From Verrucomicrobiales bacterium (GTDB lineage: Bacteria; Verrucomicrobiota; Verrucomicrobiia; Verrucomicrobiales; V1-33), in assembly GCA_031411295.1 (NCBI GenBank), contig JANOAV010000072.1:1-64000 (forward strand): a DNA stretch of 64,000 bases. The letters run 5' to 3'. The stretch's first letter is position 1, and each line of letters starts with the position of its first letter. Of this stretch, positions 28,301 to 37,420 are shown in pieces. The notes under the pieces were generated by a model that made no database searches, was not told the DNA's origin, and saw only the letters and a list, made by a program, of their open reading frames with translations. A program made the translations under genes and the position numbers.

Positions 28301-30452
28301 GCTGACTGCGCACCGTCAAGACCACTTTGGATTTCTGTCCGGCAGCTGCGGCAATGGCTTTCAGGTAGTCTGCCGCGGCATCAAAGCTGATGTTTCGAGC
28401 TAATTCATCGTAGCCATCAAACAACAGGACGATCAGCCCTTCCCGCCTCATGTAATCAATCCGCGCAAAGTCCACGCTGGAGCAATGGTGCATGATGGCA
28501 TTGGTCACCAGAGTTTTAAGATCGGAAGTTTTCTCCAAGTGACGCAGCTCAATCAGAATCGGCTGGAGCAAATTTCCATCTGCGAAATTTAGCGCAAGTT
28601 GCCGCAGTAGGTATGACTTGCCGCTGCCGAAATCCCCGTGAACAAAGAGAAACACAGGTTTCTCAAGTGCCTCCTCAAAGGTCAGAAATTTGGCGGCAAC
28701 CTCCAAGGCACCGGGCACAGAAGGGATTTGATCTTTAATGTCGCAGTCCCGGACCCGCGCCAGTTCCGGAGGATATACCACCACATTTTGGTCCACGTAT
28801 TGCGCGGGCAGATATCGTTCGTCACTGCTGAGTTCCTCAGTTTGCAGATCGAGAAATGGGCGCAAATCAGCGATACTCTGAAACTGGCGAAAACTGTAAC
28901 AAGGGAAAGGAGCCTTGGCTTCTTGAGCGTTGCCTGAATAGACCAGGCAACAGGGGGCCGTGGGATCATGCCGCCGGAAATGCTGATGAACATTGGTAAA
29001 ACGAGCAATGCCCAGTTGGAATTCGATGTTCGCTTCCTCCTCGTTGTGGAACGGAAGATCAAGGACACCTACGGCGTAAATTCTGCCGTCTGAGGCGGTG
29101 ACACGGATATAGGGAATCGACTTACTTTCAATCGTTGGGGAACTGGATTCTTGGTCGGAAACGAATCCTTGGGGGCGGGGATCACAAACGGCTTGAGGAT
29201 CACGGGCTTTGATGGCGGTAGTGACGAGTTCCAAGAAGCTGTCTTGGAAGAACGCCCGTAGCGCTGATCCAGTAATGCGAAGGTCCTTCAGCCCAGCATG
29301 AACTTCAAAATCCTGCCTAACCTTAGCGTCCTGCTCCGATAATAGCATTATTTTTTCGGGATCCAAGGCACACAAGGCATCCACAGCGTGATGCTTTCGG
29401 AACTTCTGTCCCGGTGTCTTATTATCTGAATGCCTTGTATCGGCGGCAAAGCGCTCCTGCTCAGCGTGGTAGCACCGATACCAAAGATTGATGCCTGGTT
29501 GCTTGATTTGCAGGATTTGATATTGGTTTGGAATGTGGGGCTGCTTCTGGTCTGGTCCCAGCGAGGGGCTTCCCGTTGCGAACACAGGCGTGCCATTGGC
29601 CAGGCTTTGACTGTCCGCTTTGTGGGTGTGTCCATGCAGCAGCAGGTTCAAGTCATCCCCCAAGAAGCGATTCAATTTCTCGACTTCTGTTACCTTCAGG
29701 CATTCTTCGTCCGTATCGAACGCCCGGTTAAGGTTATGATGGACGAGTCCAACACGCAGCCATTGAGATTTGCGGTATTCAGCTAGCTCTTTCTTGAAAA
29801 ACTTGAGTTGATGCTCTCCACAGTAACCGTGGTGGCCGTAAAATGTGTTCTTGCCAAATTCTTTAACGGCTTCTTCCGCCGAGAGATGAGACTCTGCCAG
29901 GGCGGAGTTAAGGCCAGCGAACACGACTTTATATTCTGGAATCTGGAATACGGTAAACGGCTGATCCTCCACAAAACTGGGTCGGTGTTCCAAAGGAACA
30001 TCTTTATAAAAGCGCTCGAACATTTTGGCAAAATGCTCAAACCGTTTGAAGCCAATTGGGGCCTGGCTGGCCGGACGCTCCGCGTAGTCCCACTGAATAT
30101 AATCAAATTTAGCCCCCTTGCGGTTAATGTCATGGTTTCCAGGGATGATGACGATTCGATGCCGTTCCTCTGGGGGAATTCCAAGGTGTGCTGCGAGACC
30201 ACTAAGGAATGACTCGGCCTGGGCAAACTCCGATTCCTCACCCCATTCTGCAAGGTCACCAGTAACGGCCACCAAATCAGGATGCAGCCCCAAATCTTCC
30301 TCAAGTTCAGCGAGATCGACTGTCAATCTAGCCAACAGAGTATCATGCGCCTGATCTTCCAAGGGCTTCTGCGTTGAGCACATTCCGCCAAAGCAATGGT
30401 TCTTCCCGAACTGCATGTCGGAGATGTGAAGGATGGTGATGGCTTCTGGCAT
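25338..30452 (-). CDS. NLR-like STAND protein: metallophosphoesterase - NACHT NTPase - pentapeptide repeats - WD40 repeats
   Basis: Metallophosphoesterase motifs LHISDMQFG, VTGDL, PGNHD, HH, LHGHTH; Walker A GDFGSGKS; Walker B LLFDGYDE; NPRML; A(D/N)LxxA repeats; 8 tandem 43-aa WD-type repeats plus divergent flanking blades. Confidence 0.9.
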   Translation of the reverse strand: MPEAITILHISDMQFGKNHCFGGMCSTQKPLEDQAHDTLLARLTVDLAELEEDLGLHPDLVAVTGDLAEWGEESEFAQAESFLSGLAAHLGIPPEERHRIVIIPGNHDINRKGAKFDYIQWDYAERPASQAPIGFKRFEHFAKMFERFYKDVPLEHRPSFVEDQPFTVFQIPEYKVVFAGLNSALAESHLSAEEAVKEFGKNTFYGHHGYCGEHQLKFFKKELAEYRKSQWLRVGLVHHNLNRAFDTDEECLKVTEVEKLNRFLGDDLNLLLHGHTHKADSQSLANGTPVFATGSPSLGPDQKQPHIPNQYQILQIKQPGINLWYRCYHAEQERFAADTRHSDNKTPGQKFRKHHAVDALCALDPEKIMLLSEQDAKVRQDFEVHAGLKDLRITGSALRAFFQDSFLELVTTAIKARDPQAVCDPRPQGFVSDQESSSPTIESKSIPYIRVTASDGRIYAVGVLDLPFHNEEEANIEFQLGIARFTNVHQHFRRHDPTAPCCLVYSGNAQEAKAPFPCYSFRQFQSIADLRPFLDLQTEELSSDERYLPAQYVDQNVVVYPPELARVRDCDIKDQIPSVPGALEVAAKFLTFEEALEKPVFLFVHGDFGSGKSYLLRQLALNFADGNLLQPILIELRHLEKTSDLKTLVTNAIMHHCSSVDFARIDYMRREGLIVLLFDGYDELARNISFDAAADYLKAIAAAAGQKSKVVLTVRSQHFFSDEQMTRELVKLPGFQRLRLEKFSEAQILQFLTFKMAQLGDPPQQTATRAQHRFEQLKSIQDLLGLSENPRMLSFIAQLDDSRLVAAAQAQRESGKEKLHITAGVLYQIILDQWLDNELVRLPDKRLTDGERLDFWWRALDRLALIAWKRTDRVIFEADLESIVTELLAGLPSAHPGAKFGLLSPKEEAKGIASGTVFSRDGDGRFTFAHQSILEWFVARHIALAWNPEGVLAAARAAGEAGSWLRYASPFVSQSRYDDTLLGVSLLTPLCTEFLLDAAGNEACTLWRDGAFLTDWDQDELSSLPPLEKEHLLRARHLVQRALSAGSQQTLKTNGLLINARIGVRKTETESPQEGTYLRPLISLIKHDFSGNNLDKLDFAHANLTGTRFFEASLVKVSLRAANLTDADFTRANLTGADLRDANLTRANFTRATLIGADLRGAQMEGSIWDMARLAGATLDDPLLTGLPAVGASLPRLPHLPTLLPQAASACSVAWSPVLNILAIGQENGCVTLWDAETGTCLQVLLGHTNTVRSVAFSNDGSLLASASADKSVRLWNPLSGQPVGSPLRGHSNSVNSVAFSNDGSLLSSASYDNSVRLWNPLSGQHVGSPLLGHTDSVRSVAFSHDGSLLASASYDMSVRLWNPLSGQPVGSPLLGHSNLVLSVAFANDGRLLASASADKSVRLWNPLSGKPVGSPLLGHSDWVRSVAFSHDGSLLASASDDNSVRLWNPLSGQHVGSPLLGHTGSVRSVAFSNDGSLLASASLDKSVRLWNPLSGKPVGSPLLGHTIYVLSVAFSNDGRLLASASADKSVRLWNPLSGQPVGSPLLGHTNSVLSVAFSNDGSLLASASLDKSVRLWNPASGKLLRVLEIVAGAGISHAGAVTSVRFWKGQVGGPELLISSSEDGTIRLWNPHTGECLGILLANEDGYAALRPDGRYRVVGDMRKYLWHTAGYCRYELGELDEVFPDLRLGDNEPLLPPAYFQT
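25718..26719 (-). repeat. Eight near-identical 129-bp tandem repeats encoding WD40 blades
   Basis: tccagagcct recurs at 25721, 25850, 25979, 26108, 26237, 26366, 26495 and 26624 (exact 129-bp period). Confidence 0.97.
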
Positions 30453-30455
30453 GGC

Positions 30456-31133
30456 TTAGCTGAGGTGGGTGCGCTGGCGATACTCGGTGGGGGAAATGGG
30501 CTGTAGGCCCATGAAATCACGGTAGGGCCAAGAGTCTAAATCGCCCTCGCGATTCTCAAGGTGCCGTTCATCCCATTCCTGCATGATTACCCAGCGTCCG
30601 CGGATCATTTCTGGGGTGTTCAGTTTATACAACTGCTCGGTGGATCTGGCCCTGTCTGTCAACGGAGTTAGGCTGCCGTCGGGATTTGCACGGAACTCCG
30701 CCGTGAAGGTATAGCCATCGGTAGGTGCCAGCGGAGTGGTTTGCTCATCCCAACGCTCCTGCTTTGCCTCCTGACAAATGTGGCAGGCACAGTAGAGGTT
30801 GGTCCACTTGAAAGCCAAGTCAGCAAAAGCGTCCAAGCTCTTGGGGCGGAAGTGTTCAATGGTTGGCTTGCTGGTGACCGGAGGTCTCCAATGGGTATCG
30901 CAAAAGGCACAGTGGCCCTGCGTCATTTCACTTAGGGGTTCTCGAAGGTGATGGTTTAGGTGGGGCAAGGTGGCGTTGTAATGCTGACTTTTGGTTCCAA
31001 CCTTAGGCCAAGCAAAGCTGGCGGTCTTACCTTGAGCGGTGGCCTTGGCCCGCCGGGCCAGCCATTGTTTTGTCCAGTCTTCTCCGTGGGTTGTCAGGAT
31101 CGTAGGTTCGGCAGGACGTGTCTGTGGTCTCAT
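30456..31133 (-). CDS. HNH endonuclease, Septu PtuB / retron-associated HNH-like
   Basis: GHCAFCD...IEHFRPKS...WTNLYCACHICQEAK; start overlaps the ATPase stop (ATGA). Confidence 0.82.
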   Translation of the reverse strand: MRPQTRPAEPTILTTHGEDWTKQWLARRAKATAQGKTASFAWPKVGTKSQHYNATLPHLNHHLREPLSEMTQGHCAFCDTHWRPPVTSKPTIEHFRPKSLDAFADLAFKWTNLYCACHICQEAKQERWDEQTTPLAPTDGYTFTAEFRANPDGSLTPLTDRARSTEQLYKLNTPEMIRGRWVIMQEWDERHLENREGDLDSWPYRDFMGLQPISPTEYRQRTHLS

Positions 31134-32764
31134 GCGTGCTTACGGGAGCGGGGCTTCGGGGTTGCAGTGCGGACGGCAGTTGGTTTTGATTTGGAGGGCT
31201 TGGCGGAAATTTTCTTCCGCGCGGCGTCCACATTGAAGAGGTCCCTTCCGATGCGGTTTTGCAGACTCTTACTCCCACGGTTCCAAAGCTCATCCGCTTG
31301 CTGAAGCAGGGATTCTTCCTGTGACCAATCTCCAGACAATACCAGATCGCGGAGACGGTCAAACTCCAGCAACATGGCCTCTGTGGCGGGGTCGTAGCGT
31401 TGGTAGGATGTGAGACCTAACGCGTCCTCCACGGCATCCATGTAGGTGTCACCCAATCCACATTTGTGAGAGGTGGCAACGGTTACGGCATTGGTGGAGG
31501 CATCAACATCTAAAATGTGCACCCATCCTTCATTGATGGATGAAATGAGAAAGGGGCTGTGCGTGGCGGCTATGATCTGCGCATGGGGAAGCAGGTGCTG
31601 GGCGGCTAGCAGGACTTGGCGCTGCCATTTCGGATGCAAGTGGCCTTCGGGTTCATCAAGCAGCAGGATTAGGGGCACATCCAGCGGGTCTGTTTCATCC
31701 GGAAAGGAGTGCATGAGCTTACCAATGCAAGCGCCCAACCACCCAAGAATGGCTCTGAGACCGTCTGGCAATTCATCGATGCTCATGACTTTACCATGAA
31801 GCTGGACGCGCAATTGGACAGACTGGGTTTGGTTCAGGAGCAGTCGCACTTGGGTGTCCGCAATGGTGCTGAGAGCAGCTTCCAACCGACGTTTAACGCT
31901 GTGCCAACGCCCGGATGAACTGTCTGCCGTATTTTCCGGTGAGTCCATGGCCGCGCGCGAACAAAGATTTGCCAGCGCCTGGCAGATGGTCTGATTATCC
32001 GATTCTCCCAAGCTAGAGAAGGTAAGGTTTTCTTCATCCTTCCCGACAGCAATAGGCTTCAGGGCCTCAATCTTAGCATCGCTCAACCTGGACAAGCCCT
32101 GGAATGCTAGCGCAAATGGACGCGGAGTATTAGGGGGGATTTTAACAGCTAAAAGATGACGTGTGGATGCAGGCTCGGTGCGCGGCTCATCAGATGAATC
32201 CAAGGAAAACTCAATTTTCATGACACGACCAGTGAGTTCCTTAGCAATCTCGTGGATTTTTGCACTTGTCGCTGGGCGCTGGGCTGCTTCGAAGGCGAGG
32301 GCATCAGGTTGAAAATACCGCACGGACAAGCGGTTTCCCACCAGTGAACTTGCAACCCCTGCGGCCAGCCAAGAAGCTACTAACGGCATTTGATCGTGAT
32401 ATTCATTCAGAATTTTCTGCCACATGCTTTTCGCATCCACAGAAGTAGCTGCTTTCGTATCCGGCCTCGTCCACTGCACATGGTCTAGTTTCGCTTCCCA
32501 ATAGCCTCTGAATTCATCTAATTGAGATTTCCCAACAACCGCAGCATCAATGGATTTAGAGGCAATTCGGCGGTTTTTAAGTTCGGTATCATTTCCCAAA
32601 GCTGCGCATAGCAAAGCTAGCAGACGAGTCTTACCTGCGCCATTCGGGCCTACGAGAAGGTGGACCTCAGCTAGGCCTGAGCCTATTTCCTGAGAAGGAA
32701 AAACAAGCCGACTTCCCGACTGGAAAGGGGCAAACTGGCGAAGTTCAATAGAGTCTATGCGCAT
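31130..32764 (-). CDS. ABC/AAA_21-type ATPase, Septu PtuA-like
   Basis: MRIDSIELRQF start, Walker A GPNGAGKT, signature LPDG, Walker B LLLDEPEGHLHPKWQR, H-loop ATHSP. Confidence 0.88.
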   Translation of the reverse strand: MRIDSIELRQFAPFQSGSRLVFPSQEIGSGLAEVHLLVGPNGAGKTRLLALLCAALGNDTELKNRRIASKSIDAAVVGKSQLDEFRGYWEAKLDHVQWTRPDTKAATSVDAKSMWQKILNEYHDQMPLVASWLAAGVASSLVGNRLSVRYFQPDALAFEAAQRPATSAKIHEIAKELTGRVMKIEFSLDSSDEPRTEPASTRHLLAVKIPPNTPRPFALAFQGLSRLSDAKIEALKPIAVGKDEENLTFSSLGESDNQTICQALANLCSRAAMDSPENTADSSSGRWHSVKRRLEAALSTIADTQVRLLLNQTQSVQLRVQLHGKVMSIDELPDGLRAILGWLGACIGKLMHSFPDETDPLDVPLILLLDEPEGHLHPKWQRQVLLAAQHLLPHAQIIAATHSPFLISSINEGWVHILDVDASTNAVTVATSHKCGLGDTYMDAVEDALGLTSYQRYDPATEAMLLEFDRLRDLVLSGDWSQEESLLQQADELWNRGSKSLQNRIGRDLFNVDAARKKISAKPSKSKPTAVRTATPKPRSRKHA

Positions 32765-32870
32765 GCGAGAAAATGATTTTGAGCGGGAACGAGAGGCTGA
32801 AACTCGGCTTAAAGGCTCAGGGTATCATAGATAACAAGGGCGCAAAGTAAAGCGCAATGCGGGGGGCAGT

Positions 32871-34022
32871 TCAAGCGGTGCAAGCGACCGCTTCGTCGTA
32901 ATACGTCTCCAGAATTTCCGTTTGCCGCACCCGGGCAAATTTTGCCGCTACCTCCTCCATGGCAGCCTGCGCCATGGAGCGATACCTCGTTTCGTCACCC
33001 ATCATCGTCAGTGCCCCAGCCGCCAGTCCTGCTGCGTCCCCTTCTGCTACCAGCCATCCGCTAACGCCGTGGGTCACGGCCTCGGGAATGCCGCCATGGA
33101 GCGTTGCCAGCACGGGCAAGCCCGTGGCCATGGCTTCCAGCATGGCGTTAGGCACGCCCTCGCGATTCCCATCCGCCGGGGTCTCGCTGGGATGAATAAA
33201 GAGATGGGCGGCCTGCACCGCCGCCCGTAATTGATCCTGATTAAGAAAGCCAGGGAATGCCACCCGATCCTCCAGTCCCCATTCTTTTGCGAGTTGCTCC
33301 AATTCAGCCCGTAAAGGGCCATCGCCAGCCAAGGTCAGCTTCGCGTGGGGAAATTTCCGGCTAATTTCGCGAAACGCAATCAACGTGGCGCGCAGTCCTT
33401 TCTTGGGCACTAACCGACACGCTTGCAGCAAATGCCATTCTCCTGCCGCCGGCCACGGACGCTCCATAAATGGCCATTCATTCATGGGGATTCCGGTGCG
33501 CTGGAGGCGTAGTTTTTCCGGCGGGCAGCCCAATGCTCGCAACCCCTCCAACAGTGATTCTGATCTGCCCAGCACCAGCTTTGCGTTCGCGAACACCGCC
33601 TCCAAGGCCGCCTTCATGGCCGGCTTCGTCACATCCACACCCACATCCGCCCCATGAAATGAGACCACCACTGGCTTCGGACACGTCTTGATGAGCGGGA
33701 GCAATTGAATCGCCATGTGGCCAAAAAAGATGTGCACCACATCTGCATCGTAGCGATAAATTTCCTTCAGAATGGCGATGACTCGATCCGTGCTAATCTG
33801 TAACGGTTGCCGCAGCACGTGCTTATACCAATTCCGCCGCATCCAGCGCCAGGGCGGCTTCGGCAGCACCGAGGTGCTCTTGTTGGAGAAACGAAAGACC
33901 TCGGCATTCTCGCGTTTTTGGCAGATCACCACTGGCTTCCAACGCTGCAACGACACGATCTGTCGATAGACATGTTGCATGTCCTTCTTCAGGAAATCGT
34001 GGCAATAGCAGGCGACCGTCAT
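32871..34022 (-). CDS. Glycosyltransferase family 4 (WcaL-like)
   Basis: VSFHGAD, RLVPKKG, GDGPL, EGVPNAMLEAMATG, HGGIPE. Confidence 0.9.
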   Translation of the reverse strand: MTVACYCHDFLKKDMQHVYRQIVSLQRWKPVVICQKRENAEVFRFSNKSTSVLPKPPWRWMRRNWYKHVLRQPLQISTDRVIAILKEIYRYDADVVHIFFGHMAIQLLPLIKTCPKPVVVSFHGADVGVDVTKPAMKAALEAVFANAKLVLGRSESLLEGLRALGCPPEKLRLQRTGIPMNEWPFMERPWPAAGEWHLLQACRLVPKKGLRATLIAFREISRKFPHAKLTLAGDGPLRAELEQLAKEWGLEDRVAFPGFLNQDQLRAAVQAAHLFIHPSETPADGNREGVPNAMLEAMATGLPVLATLHGGIPEAVTHGVSGWLVAEGDAAGLAAGALTMMGDETRYRSMAQAAMEEVAAKFARVRQTEILETYYDEAVACTA

Positions 34023-34030
34023 CCGATCAG

Positions 34031-35143
34031 TTAGGGGATCCGCAGATAGACCATGCACACTGGGGAGCGCAACGTCATCGGTTGGCCTTGCTGGGTCAAC
34101 TTGCCCGTTCCTGGATCGACTGCATACGTCACCAGCGTCTCGGCAGACTGATTGCCTGCCAGCATCCATTTCCCATTCGGATGCACCGCAAAGTGGCGTG
34201 GGGCCGGACCCGTGGTGCTGGTGGTATCGACAAATTTCAGCTTGCCGGCAGCATCAACCTCGTAACGCACGATGCTGTTATGACCCCGGTTCGAGCCGTA
34301 GAGGACCCTGCCGTTCGGGTGGAACTCAATTTCCGCCGTGGAATTGTCCTTCACCGCCTCCGGCAAGGTGCTCACGCTCTCGATAGCCGTCAGGGTGCCC
34401 TTCGCAGCATCCCAGGCAAACGAGGTCACGGTGTTATCCAGTTCGTTGATGATATAGAATTTGCTGCCATCAGGACTGAACGTGCCATGGCGTGGACCGG
34501 CTCCCGGGGCGGTGACTCCAGCGTCCGGGGTGTTAGGAGTCAGCAGTCCTTTGGCCGCATCGAACTTGTAAACGTTGATTTTATCTGTCCCCAAATCTGC
34601 CACCAGCGCAAACTTCTCATCTGGACTGAGATATACTCCATGGGCATGCGGTCCTTCCTGACGGCCGGCGTTAGGGCCCTTGCCTGCATGCTGAATGAAG
34701 GAACTTGCGGGAGCCAGGCAGCCGTCGGCCTTGATCGGCAAGCACGTCACGCTGCCGCTGCCGTAATTGGCCGCCAGCAAATTCTTACGGGCCTTGTCCA
34801 CGAAGACGTGGCAGGGGCCGTTGCCCTTGGTGCCTTCGGTGTTCAGCAAGGTCAATTTCCCGGTCGCCCGGTCAATTTTATAGGCCGCCACCGTGCCCGG
34901 TTGACGTTCGTGAATCGCGTAGAGGAACTCCCCCTTGGCATCAATCGCCAGAAAAGTTGGATTCGGAGCGGCCGCTACGAATCCCAGATTCTCGATCTTG
35001 CCGGTGGCTTCATCGAATTTCAGGCAGGAAATGCCTTCCTCCGGTCCCTTCGTGTAGGAACCAACGTAAACAAAGCAAGTATCAGCAGGAGCAATTTGGG
35101 ACATGGCGGCAGTAATCAGCAGTGAGGTGAGGGTAGTTTTCAT
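34031..35143 (-). CDS. pgl: Lactonase family beta-propeller (6-phosphogluconolactonase-like), with signal peptide
   Basis: YVGSYT, NPTFL, ANYGSG, RQEGPHAH, DLGTD, GAGPRH, SNRGHNS, PRHF. Confidence 0.85.
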   Translation of the reverse strand: MKTTLTSLLITAAMSQIAPADTCFVYVGSYTKGPEEGISCLKFDEATGKIENLGFVAAAPNPTFLAIDAKGEFLYAIHERQPGTVAAYKIDRATGKLTLLNTEGTKGNGPCHVFVDKARKNLLAANYGSGSVTCLPIKADGCLAPASSFIQHAGKGPNAGRQEGPHAHGVYLSPDEKFALVADLGTDKINVYKFDAAKGLLTPNTPDAGVTAPGAGPRHGTFSPDGSKFYIINELDNTVTSFAWDAAKGTLTAIESVSTLPEAVKDNSTAEIEFHPNGRVLYGSNRGHNSIVRYEVDAAGKLKFVDTTSTTGPAPRHFAVHPNGKWMLAGNQSAETLVTYAVDPGTGKLTQQGQPMTLRSPVCMVYLRIP

Positions 35144-35222
35144 TTCATGGTGGTATTTCTGGCGGTAGTGGTAAAGGTTCCGGTGCGAGACGTCAATTCC
35201 GCATCTCTGCAACTTCCATTTC

Positions 35223-35900
35223 ATGCCCACCGCCCCCGTCCGCATTACCTGTGCCGGGCAATCCCTGCGATTGCTGCCGCAGCGCTGTGCCTTCTGGGAA
35301 GAGCGACGCGCCTTGTTGCTGGCGGATTTGCATCTGGGGAAGTCCGCCACCTTCCGGCATCATGGCATTGCCCTGCCGGAGGGCGATACCGCCGCGGACT
35401 TGGCCAGGCTCGATTCCGCCCTGGTGGAAACGAACGCGGAATCCATCATCATCGTAGGCGATCTCTTTCATGCCGCCTCCGCTCGCTCCGCCACGGTGAT
35501 GGCAATTTTTGCGGCCTGGCGCGCGCAACATCCGGAGTTACTAGTGCAACTCGTGATCGGTAATCATGATCGGGGCGCGCTGCCGCCTAACCAATGCGGC
35601 ATTGTCCTCACCGGGGTGAAATACGACACTGGCACCCTTGCATTCATTCACGACCCGGCCGATCTCAAGGAGGAATCCTTTGCCATCTGCGGCCACCTGC
35701 ACCCGGTGGTGCGATTGCCCGGTGGGAATGGGAAACTCAGCGCACCCTGCTTCTGGCATGCTCCGCGCATGTTAGTGCTGCCCAGCTTCGGCGGATTCAC
35801 TGGAGGCCCGCCCCTGCGCCCGCGGCGGGATTCCACTTACTATGCCTTGGCAGAAAATCGCGTTCTTCCCGTGCCCGGGCCACTTTTGTTTGCGTCATGA
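35223..35900 (+). CDS. pdeM: Ligase-associated DNA damage response metallophosphoesterase/endonuclease
   Basis: ADLHLGKSATFR..GIALP, GDLFH, GNHD, HDP, GHLHP, LPSFGGFTGG. Confidence 0.85.
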   Translation: MPTAPVRITCAGQSLRLLPQRCAFWEERRALLLADLHLGKSATFRHHGIALPEGDTAADLARLDSALVETNAESIIIVGDLFHAASARSATVMAIFAAWRAQHPELLVQLVIGNHDRGALPPNQCGIVLTGVKYDTGTLAFIHDPADLKEESFAICGHLHPVVRLPGGNGKLSAPCFWHAPRMLVLPSFGGFTGGPPLRPRRDSTYYALAENRVLPVPGPLLFAS

Positions 35901-37033
35901 TTTACCTGGATAACAACGCCACCACGCCCATGGACCCTGCCGTGTTTGCGGCCATGCGACCTTATCTGGAAACGCAGTTTGCCAATCCCAGCAGCAGTTC
36001 CGCGGCTGCGCGCACCGCCCAGCGAGCCATCGCCCACGCGCGAACTCAGGTCGCCACGCTTCTGGGATGCGAGCCCCGGGAAATCATCTTCACCAGCGGA
36101 GGCACCGAAGCCAACAACACCGCCATTTTCTCTGCGACCGAACTCTTTCCTGATCGCAAACATATCATCACCGGGGCCACGGAGCATGATGCGGTGCGGC
36201 ATTACCTCGATTGGCTGGAGACCAAACACGGCTACGAAATCACGCGACTGCCGGTTTCCGCCTGCGGTGAAATTTCGCCCTCCCAAGTGGCCGCCGCCAT
36301 ACGCCCCCAACAGACCGCTCTCGTGACGCTGATGTGGGCGAACAACGAGACGGGCGTGCTGCATCCGGTGGAGGAAGTGGCGGATCTGGCGGCCTCCCAT
36401 AGTGTGCTCTTTCACACCGATGCGGTGCAAGCCGTCGGGAAGTTGCCGCTGAATTTGCGCCGGACGAAAATCCACACGCTGGCTCTCAGCGGGCACAAAA
36501 TCCACGGCCCCAAAGGCATCGGGGCGCTCTACGTCAATCACCGCACCGCCTTTCAACCATGGGTGTTAGGTGGAGGTCAGGAAAATTTTCGTCGTGCGGG
36601 CACCGAAAATGTTGCTGGCATCGTCGGACTGGGAGCCGCTGCCGCGCTGGCCATGGCAACGCCCAGCAGCCTGCGGGATGAGTTTGAGAGGGAACTCAAC
36701 GCTGCCATTCCGGACCTCATCATCAACGGAGGCAATGTGCCCCGCCTCCCGAACACCAGCAACATCCTGATTCCCGGGACCCAAGCCGAAGGCATGATGA
36801 TTCTGCTGGAGAAGCAAAACATCAGCGTCAGTGCAGGCAGCGCCTGTCACGCGGGAGCCTTGCATCCCAGTCACGTCTTGGAAGCCATGGGCTTGGATGC
36901 AGCCGCCGCCCGTGCTTGTCTGCGCATTTCATTCGGCCGGATGAATCAGGTGATTGATATGCCGCACCTCATCGAATCCTTCGTGCAAGCCACCCAAAAA
37001 ATGAGAGCGCTGTTAGGGACCACACCGATGTAG
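35897..37033 (+). CDS. iscS: Cysteine desulfurase, class I (IscS/NifS)
   Basis: MIYLDNNATT, FTSGGTE, NNETG, HTDAVQ, SGHKIHGPKG, RAGTEN, SAGSACH. Confidence 0.9.
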   Translation: MIYLDNNATTPMDPAVFAAMRPYLETQFANPSSSSAAARTAQRAIAHARTQVATLLGCEPREIIFTSGGTEANNTAIFSATELFPDRKHIITGATEHDAVRHYLDWLETKHGYEITRLPVSACGEISPSQVAAAIRPQQTALVTLMWANNETGVLHPVEEVADLAASHSVLFHTDAVQAVGKLPLNLRRTKIHTLALSGHKIHGPKGIGALYVNHRTAFQPWVLGGGQENFRRAGTENVAGIVGLGAAAALAMATPSSLRDEFERELNAAIPDLIINGGNVPRLPNTSNILIPGTQAEGMMILLEKQNISVSAGSACHAGALHPSHVLEAMGLDAAAARACLRISFGRMNQVIDMPHLIESFVQATQKMRALLGTTPM

Positions 37034-37149
37034 TCAGGGGTGGGTTTCAGCCCACGGCAACATTTCCGATGGAATTTCGAGTCCGCATTCGCTTTTCGCA
37101 GACCTCACAGACCAAAGCCTAATGCCTTTTGGTATTCGTTGTTTTTTTC

Positions 37150-37357
37150 GACCGCATTAGCGGTCCTGGACGGTAGCCGTGGGCTTCAGCCCACGGTTGA
37201 TCACAAAGCCAAGCATGTCGCGTAGCGACATCGGAACTCAACAGGAAGCGCGGGTGGCAGTGCGGGGCGCGTTCCTATGTCGCGACGCGACATGTTATCC
37301 TCCCGGATGGCCCGTGGGCTGAAGCCCACGGCTATCATCCGTGACCGCTACGCGGCC
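37150..37357. repeat. Composite palindromic element (A-B-C-spacer-C'-B'-A') of REP/REPIN type; extra B-like copy at 37040-37057
   Basis: A gaccgcattagcggtc 37150; B gtagccgtgggcttcagcccacgg 37173; C atgtcgcgtagcgacat 37215; C' 37277; B' ccgtgggctgaagcccacggcta 37312; A' gaccgctacgcggcc 37343. Confidence 0.85.
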
Positions 37358-37420
37358 GAGAACCGACCAATACCTAAAGGCCTTCGACTAACAGTCCAAG
37401 ACAACTGTTGCCCCCCGGCT

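Noticed and set aside
32765..32870. Retron msr-msd upstream of the PtuAB-like genes
   Set aside because: Only about 105 bp, no clear a1/a2 inverted repeats, and no RT (YADD-type) ORF nearby.
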